Shown: positions 10,076-21,486, counted from the first letter of the stretch. The stretch is 64,000 nt of DNA from an uncultured virus (IMG/VR IMGVR_UViG_3300048817_000099) (IMGVR_UViG_3300048817_000099), one strand, 5' to 3'. Made by a program: numbers and translations. The notes: generated from the letters alone by a model not told the origin.

Positions 10076-10305
10076 GCGGCGTCGGCGACGAACTCTTCGT
10101 CTACCTCTCCACCGACGACGAAGGCGACTCCGGCGTCATCTACATGGAAACCGCCGGCGCGGCCAAAATCCCCCTCGTCGCGGAGAACCGGCGCAAGGCC
10201 CAGGCACTCCAGCCGATAGCCGAGCACCTGGCCACCACCATGGGGCGGACGGTGACGCTGGTGAGGTTTTCTCGGCGTGATGACTTGGAGAGTTGGGAAC
10301 CGTGA
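10072..10305 (+). CDS. Hypothetical protein
   Basis: GTGA-coupled ORF filling the gap between flanking genes. Confidence 0.5.
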   Translation: MSGVGDELFVYLSTDDEGDSGVIYMETAGAAKIPLVAENRRKAQALQPIAEHLATTMGRTVTLVRFSRRDDLESWEP

Positions 10306-10928
10306 AACCGCCCGTGATGGCCGTGGCCCGGTGGAACAGCAACGCCGAGCTGTTGGTGAGCGTGGCCCGGCTCGGATACCTGCGCAAGGAGTGGCGAACC
10401 CTGGACCCGACATGGGGCGTAGGTACGTGGTGGAAGGCGTTCCGGCCCGACGACCTGGTGGCGTCTGATCTCGTCCTCGAGAAAAGTCCGTGCGGCGAGT
10501 CCGTCGATTTCCGCAAACTGCCCCATGAGGACGCCAGCTTCGACGCTGTGGCCTTCGACCCTCCCTATCGGCTCAACGGTCGACCTCACGAAGGAGATGC
10601 CCGCTACGGGACGGACGTAGTGGCCTCATGGCAAGACCGCATGGAACTGATTCGTGACGGGATGACCGAGTGCATCCGAGTCCTGCGCCCCGACGGGATT
10701 CTGTTGGTCAAGTGCATGGACCAGGTGTGCAGCGGCAAGGTCCGGTGGCAGACCATCGAGTTCGCCAATCACGCTGCCGAGCACGGGTGCGAACTGGTCG
10801 ACCAACTGCACCCCGTCGGTGGTCGGCCCCAACCCGAGCGGACTCGGAAGGACGGGAAGCCCAGTGTCCAGCATCACGCCCGGCGGAATATCTCAACGTT
10901 GCAGGTCTACCGGAAGGCAGCCAAATGA
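10302..10928 (+). CDS. Small SAM-dependent DNA (amino) methyltransferase
   Basis: LDPTWGVG motif I-like, FDAVAFDPPY, RVLRPDG. Confidence 0.8.
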   Translation: MKPPVMAVARWNSNAELLVSVARLGYLRKEWRTLDPTWGVGTWWKAFRPDDLVASDLVLEKSPCGESVDFRKLPHEDASFDAVAFDPPYRLNGRPHEGDARYGTDVVASWQDRMELIRDGMTECIRVLRPDGILLVKCMDQVCSGKVRWQTIEFANHAAEHGCELVDQLHPVGGRPQPERTRKDGKPSVQHHARRNISTLQVYRKAAK

Positions 10929-12208
10929 CTTACGCAGACTTTCTGGCTGAGAAACGCCAACATCGCATTGTCGAAGGGATACGAATAGACGGGTCAAGCC
11001 TTCACGATTCGCTGTTCCCATTCCAACGTGACGCCGTGACGTGGGCATTGGAAACCGGCCGAGCTGCCATCTTCTATGACACCGGACTCGGCAAGACCCG
11101 CATTCAACTCCAATGGGCTGAGTACGCCGCCGAACGGTCACTCATCCTGGCCCCGCTGTCCGTGGCCCGCCAGACGGTCAAAGAAGCCACAAAAGTCGGC
11201 ATGGAGATTCGCTACGTCCGGTCAGCCGATGAGGTCGAGGGGCCCGGCGTGTGGATTACCAACTATGAGATGGCCGATCGGTTTCCCGCTGCATCTTTCG
11301 GAGCGGTGGTGCTCGACGAGTCATCCATCCTCAAGAACGTGGCTGGTAAGACCCGTGAGAATCTGACCCGCCAGTTCGCTCAGACTCCGATGCGGCTGGC
11401 GTGTACGGCTACGCCAGCACCGAACGACGTGGCCGAGTTGACCAACCATTGCGAGTTCTTGGGCATCATGCCGCGGGCCGAAATGCTGGCTGCATTCTTC
11501 ATCCACGATGACGATGGGTGGCGAATGAAAGGCCATGCCTCCGAGGCCATGTATCAATTCATCGGACTGTGGGCATCGGCTATGCGGCGGCCGTCTGATC
11601 TCGGGTACTCCGACGAGGGGTATGACCTACCCCCGCTGATCATCATTCCCGAAGTCGTCATGGCCAACATCGAAGCCGATGGGCAGCTGTTCGCTACCGA
11701 GTTAGGTGGTGTCGGAGGACGGGCGAAGGTGCGTCGGCAGACTATGGATGCCCGCGTGCGTCGAGCCTGTGAACTGACCGACGGGAAGGACCAGTGGATC
11801 GTATGGTGTGGTCTCAACGGAGAGGCCACAGCCGTGGGTCAACAGGTCGATGGTGCTGTAAACGTCGAAGGCAATTGGTCACCCGAGGCGAAGGCCGATG
11901 CCCTTGAGTCTTTTCAAGACGGGGATATTCGAGTACTGGTGACCAAGCCCTCAATCGCCGGATTCGGGATGAACTTCCAGAACTGCCATCACATGGCGTT
12001 CGTCGGTATCTCTGACTCCTACGAGTCCTACTACCAATCCATCCGGCGGTGCTGGCGATTCGGCCAGACCGAGTCGGTCGACGCCCACGTCATCGTGAGC
12101 GAGATTGAGCAGCAGATCGTCTCCAACGTCAAAGCGAAGGAGGCCCAGGCGTCAGCGATGACCGAGGCTCTTGTTCGTCACATTGCTACCGAAAGGGCCT
12201 TGGTATGA
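10925..12208 (+). CDS. SNF2/DEAD-like helicase
   Basis: DTGLGKT, LDES, TATP, GMNFQ, QSIRRCWRFGQ. Confidence 0.9.
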   Translation: MTYADFLAEKRQHRIVEGIRIDGSSLHDSLFPFQRDAVTWALETGRAAIFYDTGLGKTRIQLQWAEYAAERSLILAPLSVARQTVKEATKVGMEIRYVRSADEVEGPGVWITNYEMADRFPAASFGAVVLDESSILKNVAGKTRENLTRQFAQTPMRLACTATPAPNDVAELTNHCEFLGIMPRAEMLAAFFIHDDDGWRMKGHASEAMYQFIGLWASAMRRPSDLGYSDEGYDLPPLIIIPEVVMANIEADGQLFATELGGVGGRAKVRRQTMDARVRRACELTDGKDQWIVWCGLNGEATAVGQQVDGAVNVEGNWSPEAKADALESFQDGDIRVLVTKPSIAGFGMNFQNCHHMAFVGISDSYESYYQSIRRCWRFGQTESVDAHVIVSEIEQQIVSNVKAKEAQASAMTEALVRHIATERALV

Positions 12209-13110
12209 CCGACTTCGATTATGTGACCGCCGATGAATCGGGGGAGGGCTGGAATCTCATGCTCGGCGATTCATGCGAGCGCCTGGCCGAGATTGAGACC
12301 GAGTCGGTCGATCTGTCGGTCTACTCGCCGCCCTTCGCCAGTCTGTACGTCTACAGCCCGAGCGACCGTGACCTCGGCAACAACGCAACTCGAGAACTGT
12401 TCATTGAGCATTATGGGTTCGTCCTGCGTGAGATGTTGCGGGTGACCAAGCCGGGGCGTCTGTCTTGCGTCCACGTCCAGCAAATCACCACGACCAAGGT
12501 CCAACACGGGATGATGAGTCTCACCGACTTCCGGGGTCAGGTCATCCAGGCCCATCAGGACGCTGGGTGGATATTCCACGGTGAGACGACCGTGGACAAG
12601 GACCCGCAGATGCAGGCCATCCGGACCAAGACGGCGAGTCTCTTGTTCGTCCAGCTCTACCGGGATTCGACCGTCTCACGTCCGGCTCTGACCGATTACG
12701 TGCTCATGTTCCGCAAGCCGGGAGAGAACGCAGTCCCGGTGATACCGGATATCGACCAAAAGACGTGGATTGAATGGGCGCACGGTGTTTGGTACGACAT
12801 CAGGGAGACGGCCACGCTCAATACTGTGGTGGCCAAAGAGGACGCCGATGAACGCCACATCGTTCCGTTGCAACTTCCGCTTATCGAACGGTGCGTGCGC
12901 CTGTGGTCTAATCCCGACGAACTGATCCTGTCCCCGTTCGCTGGCATCGGGTCTGAGGGATACGTCTCGTTACTGCAGGGTCGCCGGTTCATTGGGTGTG
13001 AATTGAAGCCGTCCTATTGGGCGACGGCCGTCGAGAATCTAAAACGGGCTGAAGCGGAAAAGGCACTTCCGTCTTTGTTCGATGAACCGGTAGCGGAATC
13101 GACGGCATGA
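12205..13110 (+). CDS. N4/N6 DNA methyltransferase (beta class)
   Basis: SPPF catalytic motif preceding the PFAGIGS SAM-binding motif. Confidence 0.9.
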   Translation: MTDFDYVTADESGEGWNLMLGDSCERLAEIETESVDLSVYSPPFASLYVYSPSDRDLGNNATRELFIEHYGFVLREMLRVTKPGRLSCVHVQQITTTKVQHGMMSLTDFRGQVIQAHQDAGWIFHGETTVDKDPQMQAIRTKTASLLFVQLYRDSTVSRPALTDYVLMFRKPGENAVPVIPDIDQKTWIEWAHGVWYDIRETATLNTVVAKEDADERHIVPLQLPLIERCVRLWSNPDELILSPFAGIGSEGYVSLLQGRRFIGCELKPSYWATAVENLKRAEAEKALPSLFDEPVAESTA

Positions 13111-13493
13111 AACGTGGCGCCCCCCTCAACCGCGGCAAACCCCTCGCCCGAGGGAAGGGACTGAAACGCGGCACGTCCCGGCTCAAGCGGACCCGGCTCA
13201 AGCCGATTTCGGACAAGAGGCGGGAGGAGATACCCGAGCGGCAGAAGACACTCGAAATCGTGTTCGCCCGAGACAACCGCCAGTGTCGAGCAGCGGCGTT
13301 CTTCCCCGACATGCCCTGCCAGGGCCCACTCGACGGCCATGAGCCTCTCAGCCGAGCCAGAGGGGGCAATCCGCTGGACCCTGACGAGGTGGTGACTGTC
13401 TGTCGTGGGCATCACGACCACATCCACGCCCACCCCGAGGAGTCGGCGGCGCTGGGGCTTTTAGAGCACAGTTGGGACGAGAGGGAAGACTGA
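13107..13493 (+). CDS. HNH-like endonuclease with basic N-terminus
   Basis: RDNRQC...DGHEPLSRARGG...VCRGHHDHIH. Confidence 0.7.
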   Translation: MKRGAPLNRGKPLARGKGLKRGTSRLKRTRLKPISDKRREEIPERQKTLEIVFARDNRQCRAAAFFPDMPCQGPLDGHEPLSRARGGNPLDPDEVVTVCRGHHDHIHAHPEESAALGLLEHSWDERED

Positions 13494-13675
13494 TGGCTGA
13501 CCGTAAGCCTCTCCATTTCACCCCCGACGAAATGGCCCGCATCAACGCGTGTCGTCAATCCCTCGGGACGAGCTTTGCGGATTTCATTCGTTTCGCCACA
13601 ATGCGCGCCGTCGATGAGTGTGAAGGCCTGGCGCAGGCTTACCGAGACGATGAGCGGCGGCAGTCGAGTGCCTGA
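13493..13675 (+). CDS. Small ribbon-helix-helix-like protein
   Basis: RKPLHFTPDE...SFADFIRFA pattern. Confidence 0.45.
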   Translation: MADRKPLHFTPDEMARINACRQSLGTSFADFIRFATMRAVDECEGLAQAYRDDERRQSSA

Positions 13676-14111
13676 CCGCCTGTTCCCCGTGGCCCCAGTC
13701 CTGACAGAGAGAATGTGGCAGTCGATACTTCAGGACGGGTTGACCCGCGAGGGGTGGGTCTATCAGCACATCTTCCGGATGAGGTCACCCAAAGGACGAT
13801 GGATGACGTCGACCACGGCGATTGGTTGGCCGGATTTGGTGGCGCTAAAAGGCGAGTACGTCCTGGCGATTGAGGTCAAGGCAACCAAAGGCGTCGTCGG
13901 CCCCCAGCAAATCGAATGGCTGGAGCGGTTCGCGGCCATCCCTACCGGACTGGCGTGGCTTCTGTCGCCAAAGGCCGATTGGCAGTCCGTCATCAATTGG
14001 ATGCACGACCCGTCCAAGGCCCCGAAGATTCACGGATTTGTGCCCTCAAGTCCGCTAACGTTTACCGAATCACCACCAGCGACGAAAGGTAGCCACCACC
14101 ATGGCGAGTAA
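13668..14111 (+). CDS. VRR-NUC / Holliday junction resolvase-like nuclease
   Basis: GWPDL...AIEVK...QIEW. Confidence 0.8.
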   Translation: MPDRLFPVAPVLTERMWQSILQDGLTREGWVYQHIFRMRSPKGRWMTSTTAIGWPDLVALKGEYVLAIEVKATKGVVGPQQIEWLERFAAIPTGLAWLLSPKADWQSVINWMHDPSKAPKIHGFVPSSPLTFTESPPATKGSHHHGE

Positions 14112-14565
14112 GGCACGCACATCCAAGAGCGGGTTCCTCCGCCCGAGCACCCTGGCAGGCATCCCCCTCGGGGACCACGACGGATTGCCCATCACCACCA
14201 GCAGCGGGAGCATCGCTGGTCTGAACGGCGGCTACTCGGAGACGGCAGCCCTTGACAAAATTCACATCCCGGTCGGCTCTATGTGCATTGGCCTAATCGT
14301 GATGAAGGCCGAGTCGCACGAGTACGACCGGGTCAAGGAAGGGCGAGGCCAGAAGGCCACCATCTTGGAGGAGTTCGTGGAGAACACGGTGTTCAAGGGC
14401 CAGTCGGTTTTGCTCATCGACCCCGACGACGTGGAGGAGTTGGTGACCAAGCACGAGGCCCGTATTGCCGAGGCCCGGGCCGAAGCCGAGGCGAAGGCGA
14501 AGGAAGCCAAGGGCGAGTTCAGCCTGCCCTTCGCTGAGGGCGACGAAGACGGAGCGGGCGAATGA
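14101..14565 (+). CDS. Hypothetical protein
   Basis: 154-aa ORF with RBS, preceded by a motif copy at 14053. Confidence 0.65.
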   Translation: MASKARTSKSGFLRPSTLAGIPLGDHDGLPITTSSGSIAGLNGGYSETAALDKIHIPVGSMCIGLIVMKAESHEYDRVKEGRGQKATILEEFVENTVFKGQSVLLIDPDDVEELVTKHEARIAEARAEAEAKAKEAKGEFSLPFAEGDEDGAGE

Positions 14566-14868
14566 GCGAGAACAAGTGGATCTACTACGAAGCGGGCGCC
14601 AGGGCTATCGCCCGTCAGCGTCGGGGTCCGGATCGGGAACCCACGGCCACCGAGAGACTGCTTGCTCGCGTCGCCATCGACGAGGCGCTGCCGTTCATCG
14701 AGTTGGAGCAGGGTCAGAGTCAGGACAAACGCCCCGAGTGACCGAATTGCGACCGCTCTCCGATTTCGACGACCTCGCTCCGGTCAATCTGGACCTAGAG
14801 CCATTCGTGCTGCCCGAGCTGGTCGATGTGGACCTGGAACTGCCGGAGATTGAACCCGGAACTAAAGG

Positions 14869-14897
14869 TTGACATTATCCGGCCCAGGGTGTTTAAT
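14869..14897 (+). promoter_or_regulatory. SigA-type promoter TTGACA-N17-TTTAAT, leaderless start at 14904
   Basis: Near-consensus boxes with an ATG immediately downstream. Confidence 0.65.
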
Positions 14898-14903
14898 GTC
14901 TAC

Positions 14904-15209
14904 ATGAGCACAACGCAGACCACCACCACAGTCCGGGTAGTCACCAAGTGCGCCGGTTGTAAAACCGCTCAGGCTGAAGACATCGCCTCTCGCGAGTTGC
15001 AGGACTTCCACTACCAGACTTCGATTCGTGGCGGAGGGGTGACTCCCTATCGTTCATGCAGGGTTTGCGGCCGGGGACTTCATCGCTGGAACATGGTGAA
15101 CGGAACGGTACGCGGTGCGGTCAAATGCACCAGCCGTTGCACATCGGCCACCGGGTCTGATTGCGAGTGCGAGTGCGGTGGCGACAATCACGGAGCCGAC
15201 AACCTGTGA
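14904..15209 (+). CDS. Cys-rich hypothetical protein
   Basis: CAGC, CRVC, CTSRCTSATGSDCECECGG. Confidence 0.65.
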   Translation: MSTTQTTTTVRVVTKCAGCKTAQAEDIASRELQDFHYQTSIRGGGVTPYRSCRVCGRGLHRWNMVNGTVRGAVKCTSRCTSATGSDCECECGGDNHGADNL

Positions 15210-15403
15210 CCGACCAGCTCACCATCTCCGAGGTCGCCCATCTGGTCGGCGTGACCAACCAAAGCATTCGCGCCTACCGAGTTCGGGGCACCATCCCCGA
15301 GCCAGACGGCTACCTCGGCCGGACCCCATGGTGGGAGCGCAGCACCATCGAAACATGGCTGGCGGAACGACCGAAGCGCGGTCGACCAGCCCGCACGAAG
15401 TAA
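15206..15403 (+). CDS. AlpA/excisionase-like HTH protein
   Basis: LTISEVAHLVGVTNQSIRAY...PEPD...PWW. Confidence 0.75.
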   Translation: MTDQLTISEVAHLVGVTNQSIRAYRVRGTIPEPDGYLGRTPWWERSTIETWLAERPKRGRPARTK

Positions 15404-15430
15404 CCAATCAACCAAGACAGAGGAGAACCC

Positions 15431-15868
15431 ATGACACACTCACCCACCGCAGGGACTATCCGAGAAGGCGACCACGTTCAGGTCTGGGGCAACGACGAGG
15501 TCGGCAACGCTGTCGGCGTCGTGACCGCAGACAACGGGACCGGAGCCGTCGTCGTCCACTTCGACAAACTGGACGACGAGCGGCGCATCCCAGTCGACCG
15601 CATCCACTCCGTCCACCAGTCCTACGCCTACCGGCCAACCCGGTCCGGCACGGCCTACCTGCCGAAGGACGACCCTCGGGTCGACATGAGCATGGAGACC
15701 TTCGCCCAGTTGTACCCACGGACGAGTGACTGGCCCTGTTGCGATGACCCTGACCCCGAAGTCTCGGGCGTAGAGTCAACGCCCAGCGAAACCATCACCT
15801 GTGCCAACTGCGGGGCCGATTGGGACGGCGAGCAGCTGGCGGCCTTCCAAGATTTGAGCCGAGCATGA
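15431..15868 (+). CDS. Hypothetical protein
   Basis: Strong RBS aggaga; 145 aa. Confidence 0.65.
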   Translation: MTHSPTAGTIREGDHVQVWGNDEVGNAVGVVTADNGTGAVVVHFDKLDDERRIPVDRIHSVHQSYAYRPTRSGTAYLPKDDPRVDMSMETFAQLYPRTSDWPCCDDPDPEVSGVESTPSETITCANCGADWDGEQLAAFQDLSRA

Positions 15869-16625
15869 GCACTCGCCGACAGAGACGAAACGACTGGCCC
15901 GTGGTCCGCTTCGCGCTACTGGTGACCGTACTGTGGTCCACGGTCTACACCGACCGGTTGTGGCCGACCGTGATGGCATTGGTCATCATCGGGACATGGG
16001 CAACGTTCAAAGCCCTGGTGCGTGACATCGTGCAGGCCCACGAAGAACGAGTGGCGAGGACGGTGCGTCATGGGTCTTGACACAATCAGAGTGATTGGCC
16101 CCGTGGTGATTCGCGGCAACGCTGGCGAGTGCATAGCGGGCGACGGGTGCGAACGTCATTTCCTCGCCGCCGACCCGGACAGTGCCGAGACCCTAGCCCG
16201 GCGTCACTGGCTCATCGCCCACCCCGATTACGAGGCGGTGACGGCGTGACAGTGACCCCGCTGCACCGGCTCGCCAACTGGGACTTCCGCAATGGACGAG
16301 GACCGTTTGTCCTGTTCCTGCTCAACTGGGCCGTGGTCGGTCTGTTCTCCTTCTTCGGAGCCGTATTTCGATTGACGACAGCCTGGCAGCCGGTCAGTCC
16401 GTGGGTCGTCTTCGCCATCATTCTCTTTCCGGTAGCCCTGATTCAGTCCGGCGTTCGGCTGTGGAACTGGGAGGAACGCCGTCAAGTCGCTGAGACGGCA
16501 ACGCAGGACCGCATCGCCGAGCTCGAGCGCGAACTGGGGATCGGCTCATGACCCCCCGACAACCTCATGCACCAGCTCGGCACCCCGCTCATCGGCATCA
16601 TCGTGGCGTCGGCCGTGGTGGGACG

Positions 16626-17321
16626 GTGAAGCGCCTCGCCGCAGTAGCCGCCATCGGTGTCGCCCTGGCCCTGTCGGCGTGCAACGTCGTGGTCACGCCG
16701 GACGGCAGCCCGTACACCTATGCCGACACGGCGCCCGGCGTCGTCACCGTCACCGCGTCCCCGACCAGTGGAGGTAACGAGCGAGAGTTCTTCTACAGCT
16801 CGGGTAGCCCCTACGAGGCCGACTCGACGGTATGCGCCACGTTCGCCAGTGGTCAGGACGTCGACCAGCAGGGGATCGTGCTGCGCCTGAACGACACGGT
16901 CATGGCCGGTGGAGTGCAGGACGTGACGGCCATCACCGTGACTCGGAACGTGTGGGCGGATATGTTCGACGCGTTCAACTTCCACGTCTGGGACACGGTC
17001 GCTGACCCGACCACGCCCTACACTCAGTTCGGCCAGACCGTCATCCCGGGCCTACCCATCGGACCGGGGATGGACTACTACCCGCTGAACATCTGCGCTC
17101 AGACTGTCACGGCCACCAACACTGTGCAGTTCGTCGTGTGGCTGGCCAGTCAACCTCAGCCGCCGTGGGGCAGCACGACGCAGGGTGGGTCGGCCACTAT
17201 TCCTGCCAGCGCGCCGGCCGCGGGTCGGGGCGGGTGGTTCGCTGGACATATGACGGCAGGCACTTCGATGACGTACGCGGGACTCAGCGTCGATGGTGAG
17301 ACTCCGGTGGACCCGGCATGA
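16626..17321 (+). CDS. Lipoprotein
   Basis: Signal peptide KRLAAVAAIGVALA with lipobox LSAC. Confidence 0.7.
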   Translation: MKRLAAVAAIGVALALSACNVVVTPDGSPYTYADTAPGVVTVTASPTSGGNEREFFYSSGSPYEADSTVCATFASGQDVDQQGIVLRLNDTVMAGGVQDVTAITVTRNVWADMFDAFNFHVWDTVADPTTPYTQFGQTVIPGLPIGPGMDYYPLNICAQTVTATNTVQFVVWLASQPQPPWGSTTQGGSATIPASAPAAGRGGWFAGHMTAGTSMTYAGLSVDGETPVDPA

Positions 17322-17460
17322 TCCGCCACCTAATCTGTCGCCTCACCTGTCACGACCGGTATGAACTTTCATATCCACCCGCTCGACGGTGGGAGTGTCG
17401 ACGGTGCGGCACGCTGGTCGAAGACCCACCGTCCAAGCCGTCGAAAGTAAAGGAGACACC

Positions 17461-18093
17461 ATGAAGAACTACCGCCGCATCCGAAGAGCAATCATCGCCG
17501 GGGTGGGTCTAGCAACCCTCACCCTCGGCACGGCCAGCCTCGCTGGCGCCGCCACACCGGTCCAGTGGGACCAGTCCACGAGCACCGTGACGGTGGTCAT
17601 CCCACCGGGGTCGGTCGGAACATATGAGCTGTACGTGAACGCCCCGGCCACCGGCACCGTGCTCGGCACGGACAGCGGCACGTCGGGAGTGCTCACGGTC
17701 GTCGTCCCGCCGTACTGTGGCGAGATCCAGGCCGACGTGCTGGTGAATGGTCAGTTCGCCCACGGGCGTCGGTTCTCCGACGACTCGTCGTGTACGACGC
17801 CGCCCACGACGACCACCACTACCACGTCGACGACTCAACCGACAACCACCACCTCGGCGGCACCGCCTGCCGTGGTGACCACGTCCTCGGTCCCCCCTGC
17901 CCCACCGGCTGGCCCGGTGACGGAGACCCTCACTGGCCCTGTGCCGATGCCGTCGACATCTGCCAGTGCGACCGGACCGCTCCTGCCGTACACGGGGGCC
18001 AACTACCCGCTGCTGGCGACGCTGGCGGGAGTCCTGATCCCCACCGGCCTGTTGCTCATGCGGCGCCGGGGCCTGAAATGGGGGAGGTCGTGA
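17461..18093 (+). CDS. Secreted LPXTG cell-wall-anchored protein
   Basis: Signal peptide, P/T stalk, LPYTG + hydrophobic helix + RRRGLK tail; RBS aaggaga. Confidence 0.8.
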   Translation: MKNYRRIRRAIIAGVGLATLTLGTASLAGAATPVQWDQSTSTVTVVIPPGSVGTYELYVNAPATGTVLGTDSGTSGVLTVVVPPYCGEIQADVLVNGQFAHGRRFSDDSSCTTPPTTTTTTTSTTQPTTTTSAAPPAVVTTSSVPPAPPAGPVTETLTGPVPMPSTSASATGPLLPYTGANYPLLATLAGVLIPTGLLLMRRRGLKWGRS

Positions 18094-20754
18094 GCGAGAC
18101 GTTCGCCGCCGCCCGACTGCGTGAAGGGGACGGCGGCGTGATCGTTGAGGAGGCGTACCGTGCCCTCTAGCTCCTCTACCGAAGCCCGACCCCTACCCAC
18201 TCCCGAGGAGATCCCATGAGCCGGTACACAGTGAAACAAACGCTTGAGGCCGTAGTCGAAGGGGAGACCGAAGGCGATGCCCTCAACACGTTCGTGGCCA
18301 AGCTAGAGAGCGGCGAGGATTTGGGGCCGAAGGTCACGCACCCGCTCTACAGCGTGTGCCCCGTCGACATCGAGACATTGTGACCACCCCAACCCCGATT
18401 GAACGTGACCGAGAACTGGTGGAGGCGCGGTTCAACAAACTCCAGCGTGAGGGCCGGATTGACCTCAACAGTGGGGCCTGGGACTTTGACTCCAATCTGC
18501 GTGCGGCGCTGTGTGGGCGCTGTAGATCACCGCTTACAGCGGGTCAGGGCATCCCGTACAACGAGTTCATGCGTGACACATACCGAGCCAGCACTCGATA
18601 TATGTGTCCGAACTGCAAGGAACGAGAGCAAGGACGAGACCAGGAGACTGACAATGGCTGACGAACGAAGAGACGGCGAGAGCGTGTGGGATGCATCGTG
18701 CGCCTACTGCTTCTACTTTGAGCCGCACTCACGCAACGAGGACGGGACTGTTCGCCACGAGTCCCTCTCTGCGATTCAGAGTCGGCGGCAGTCGTGATGC
18801 CTGACGAACGAAGAATCGAGTTGAAAGAGCAGCGGTGGTTCTATCACCCTCGGGGTTACTCTCAACCACTCGATTTCATCAGTGCTGACCGCATGGACGC
18901 AGGGCAACGCATCGTCGCCGTGATCGTGGCTGAGCATGAGTGCCGGATTGAAGTGATGTACGAGAACAGCGAACTTTGGGGACTGTGTGAGTCGCTCAGG
19001 CACGACGGCTCAGGCCCCCATCACTTCTACCCCAATGATTGCGCCGCCTGGCTATCCATCAAAGTCCCGGTCCGTCGCTGCATGGTCCCAGGTTGCACGA
19101 AGGAGTCTCGTGATGCCTGACGAAGGGATTGAGCGCGACCGAGAGCCACGCGTTCCAGCGTTCTGCTCAGAGTGCGGAGTGGGGGCCGTGAGAGCTGGCG
19201 ACGGAACCTACGTAATCCGCCACCTAGCTCTTTGCCCTGAGTTCGCCGCTCTCCACGCCATCGAAGGTGAGTCGTGATGGCTAACAGCTCTAGGGAAGGG
19301 GCGAAGTTGTGTTCGGCTGACGACGTGGGCATGGCGGATACGTGCTGTTGCTGCGGCGGCTCAGCCAGTCTCGGCGGCACTCAGCACCCGATACCTGGAT
19401 CAGTTCCGGCACTGCGCTACTGCTCCGATGAGTGCGCCGTCGAATGGGAGACGTTCCTGGCCGACCGTGATCGGGCTGCTTCCCGCCGCCGTGAGTTCGA
19501 GCAGTGGGAAAACGCCCTGTACGCCGAAGCATGGGACGGTAAATCGTGACCCCCCTAGAAGCAGACAAGCGAAAGGAAGATGAGATGCTGAGAGAACGTC
19601 CGCCGATCATGGTCGATTGCGAGTGCTCGGGTACGCGGCCGCACCTACTGCACCACGCCATCCTCTCGGGAGCGCCGACCGGGTATTTGTGCGCCGCCTG
19701 CGGGCAAGAGGTCGGGGTCGACGCATCAGGACTCTCGCTTCCTCATCAGCACCCGGATGTCGTCGCCATGCTTAAACGAGGAGATTTTGATGTCTGATTC
19801 TGCGCCCCTACCAGTAGGAGGGGACGAGAACCAGCGAACGAAGCGGTGGTGGCGGTTTGCCGTACTGCGTGGAACAGGTATTACCGCCGAGATGAACGGG
19901 CGTTGGTACGACCTCGATCGCCTTGCTGAGGAGGGACCGCTTATCGCTGACCCTTATGTCACGTTGGAAGCGACCGACCGCTGGGAGCAGCGCGAGGATG
20001 GCCAAGTGGCTGTCGTTTACGAATGGACTCGACGTGCCTTCTGACCCCTCATCCCCTCCCCCAGCAGAAGCAGCCGAACCGTCCGACGTGACCCCCTCAT
20101 CCCCTAGGGAAACAGAGTTTGAGTTACGAATCGCCGTGGTAGATGCGGACTGCGCCCGAATGGTGGCTGAGGACAAACTAGAACACCTACGTGCCGACCT
20201 CTCCGCTGCTCGCTCTGAACTGGAACTGGCTAACGGAATCTTGGTCGATAACGTCCACAGCTTGGCCGCTGCTCGCTCTCTAGCTGAGGACCTGGGACAC
20301 AACGCGGAATCGTGGCAGAACGCTTACCAACGGTCGGTGGTGTTCCGCGACGAGGCACTGGCTCTAGCTGATGAACGAGACAGAGAACTCGACCTCGTGC
20401 GCTCGTTCTTGCGCTACATCACCACCCACAACGACTACGCCCGATTCCGATTCCCCGAGATGGACGAATACCTCGCTGCTCTGGCTCCCTCTACCGAGAC
20501 ACGACAAGACGAAATGGACCGATTGGCGGGGAAGGGTGCCAGGGAGGTTGCGGAGTTTCGCTCACAGCACATCGGTGACCCGTTCGCCCCTGGACACATC
20601 TGCTTCAAATGTGCGGCTCCCTCTACCGACGCGACACCGGAGGGGTAGACCGACGTAAACTGATTTTCGCCAGTCCGGAACCGGGGCCGAACGGGCTTCG
20701 ACCACCGGAACCGGGGCCGGCCTGGCACCCACCACCACCGAAAAGGGAACTTGA

Positions 20755-21435
20755 GTGAACGAGCACCGCGTCGCCATCTGTATGCCCAGCGCTCGAACGA
20801 TTCCGTCGGAGGTCGTCGACTCGTTCGCTCGGCTCTATGGCCGGGGACTGGTCGAGGGCTACGTCACCGCCGAACTGATTCTCGGCGATACCTACATTGA
20901 CGCGGCGAGGAACTTGTTGACGACATATGCGATGGATCTCCCGACGAACCCCACCCACGCCTTCTGGTTCGATGACGACATGGTCATGCCATCGGACACC
21001 ATCGCCCGTCTCCTGGCCCACGACGTGCCCATCGTCGGCGGTCTCTACCACCAACGGGCCGCCCCGTTCATGCCAGTCGCCTACAACTTCACCGGCGAGG
21101 GCCACAGTGCCCAAATGATTGAGCTCCCGGACGAACCCACAGGCCTGGTCCAAGTTGACGGTCTCGGGCTCGGCTGCACGCTGGTGAGGATGGACGTGTA
21201 TCTGCAGATGGCCGAGCACTTCGGTGACCCTCGGTGGCACCAGGTGAACGAGGGGGTGGGCGAGGATTGCTTTTTTTTCCACCGGGTCAAGGAAATGGGG
21301 ATTCCGGTGTGGCTCGACTGCGACGTACGGGCCGGTCACGTCCGACGGGAGACGGTGACCACGACGCACTATCAGGCGTATCGAACGGCCCACCCACGGC
21401 CCGACCCAGAGGTATCCCAACCCGCTCCAGTCTGA
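20755..21435 (+). CDS. GT2-like glycosyltransferase
   Basis: ARN, FWFDDDM, GLGCTL, GEDCFF, AGH motifs. Confidence 0.8.
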   Translation: MNEHRVAICMPSARTIPSEVVDSFARLYGRGLVEGYVTAELILGDTYIDAARNLLTTYAMDLPTNPTHAFWFDDDMVMPSDTIARLLAHDVPIVGGLYHQRAAPFMPVAYNFTGEGHSAQMIELPDEPTGLVQVDGLGLGCTLVRMDVYLQMAEHFGDPRWHQVNEGVGEDCFFFHRVKEMGIPVWLDCDVRAGHVRRETVTTTHYQAYRTAHPRPDPEVSQPAPV

Positions 21436-21486
21436 GCAGATACGCTCGCGGGCGCTAGCCAGTCCCCACTTTGGAGGTCGCCCCAC

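Noticed and set aside
9158..13110. DISARM/BREX-like defence system (helicase plus methyltransferases)
   Set aside because: SNF2-like helicase, methyltransferases and DUF5131 commonly cluster in phage replication regions; no other defence components recognised.
15206..15403. Integration module
   Set aside because: Only an excisionase-like HTH is present; no integrase or att site is visible in the window, so lifestyle cannot be called.
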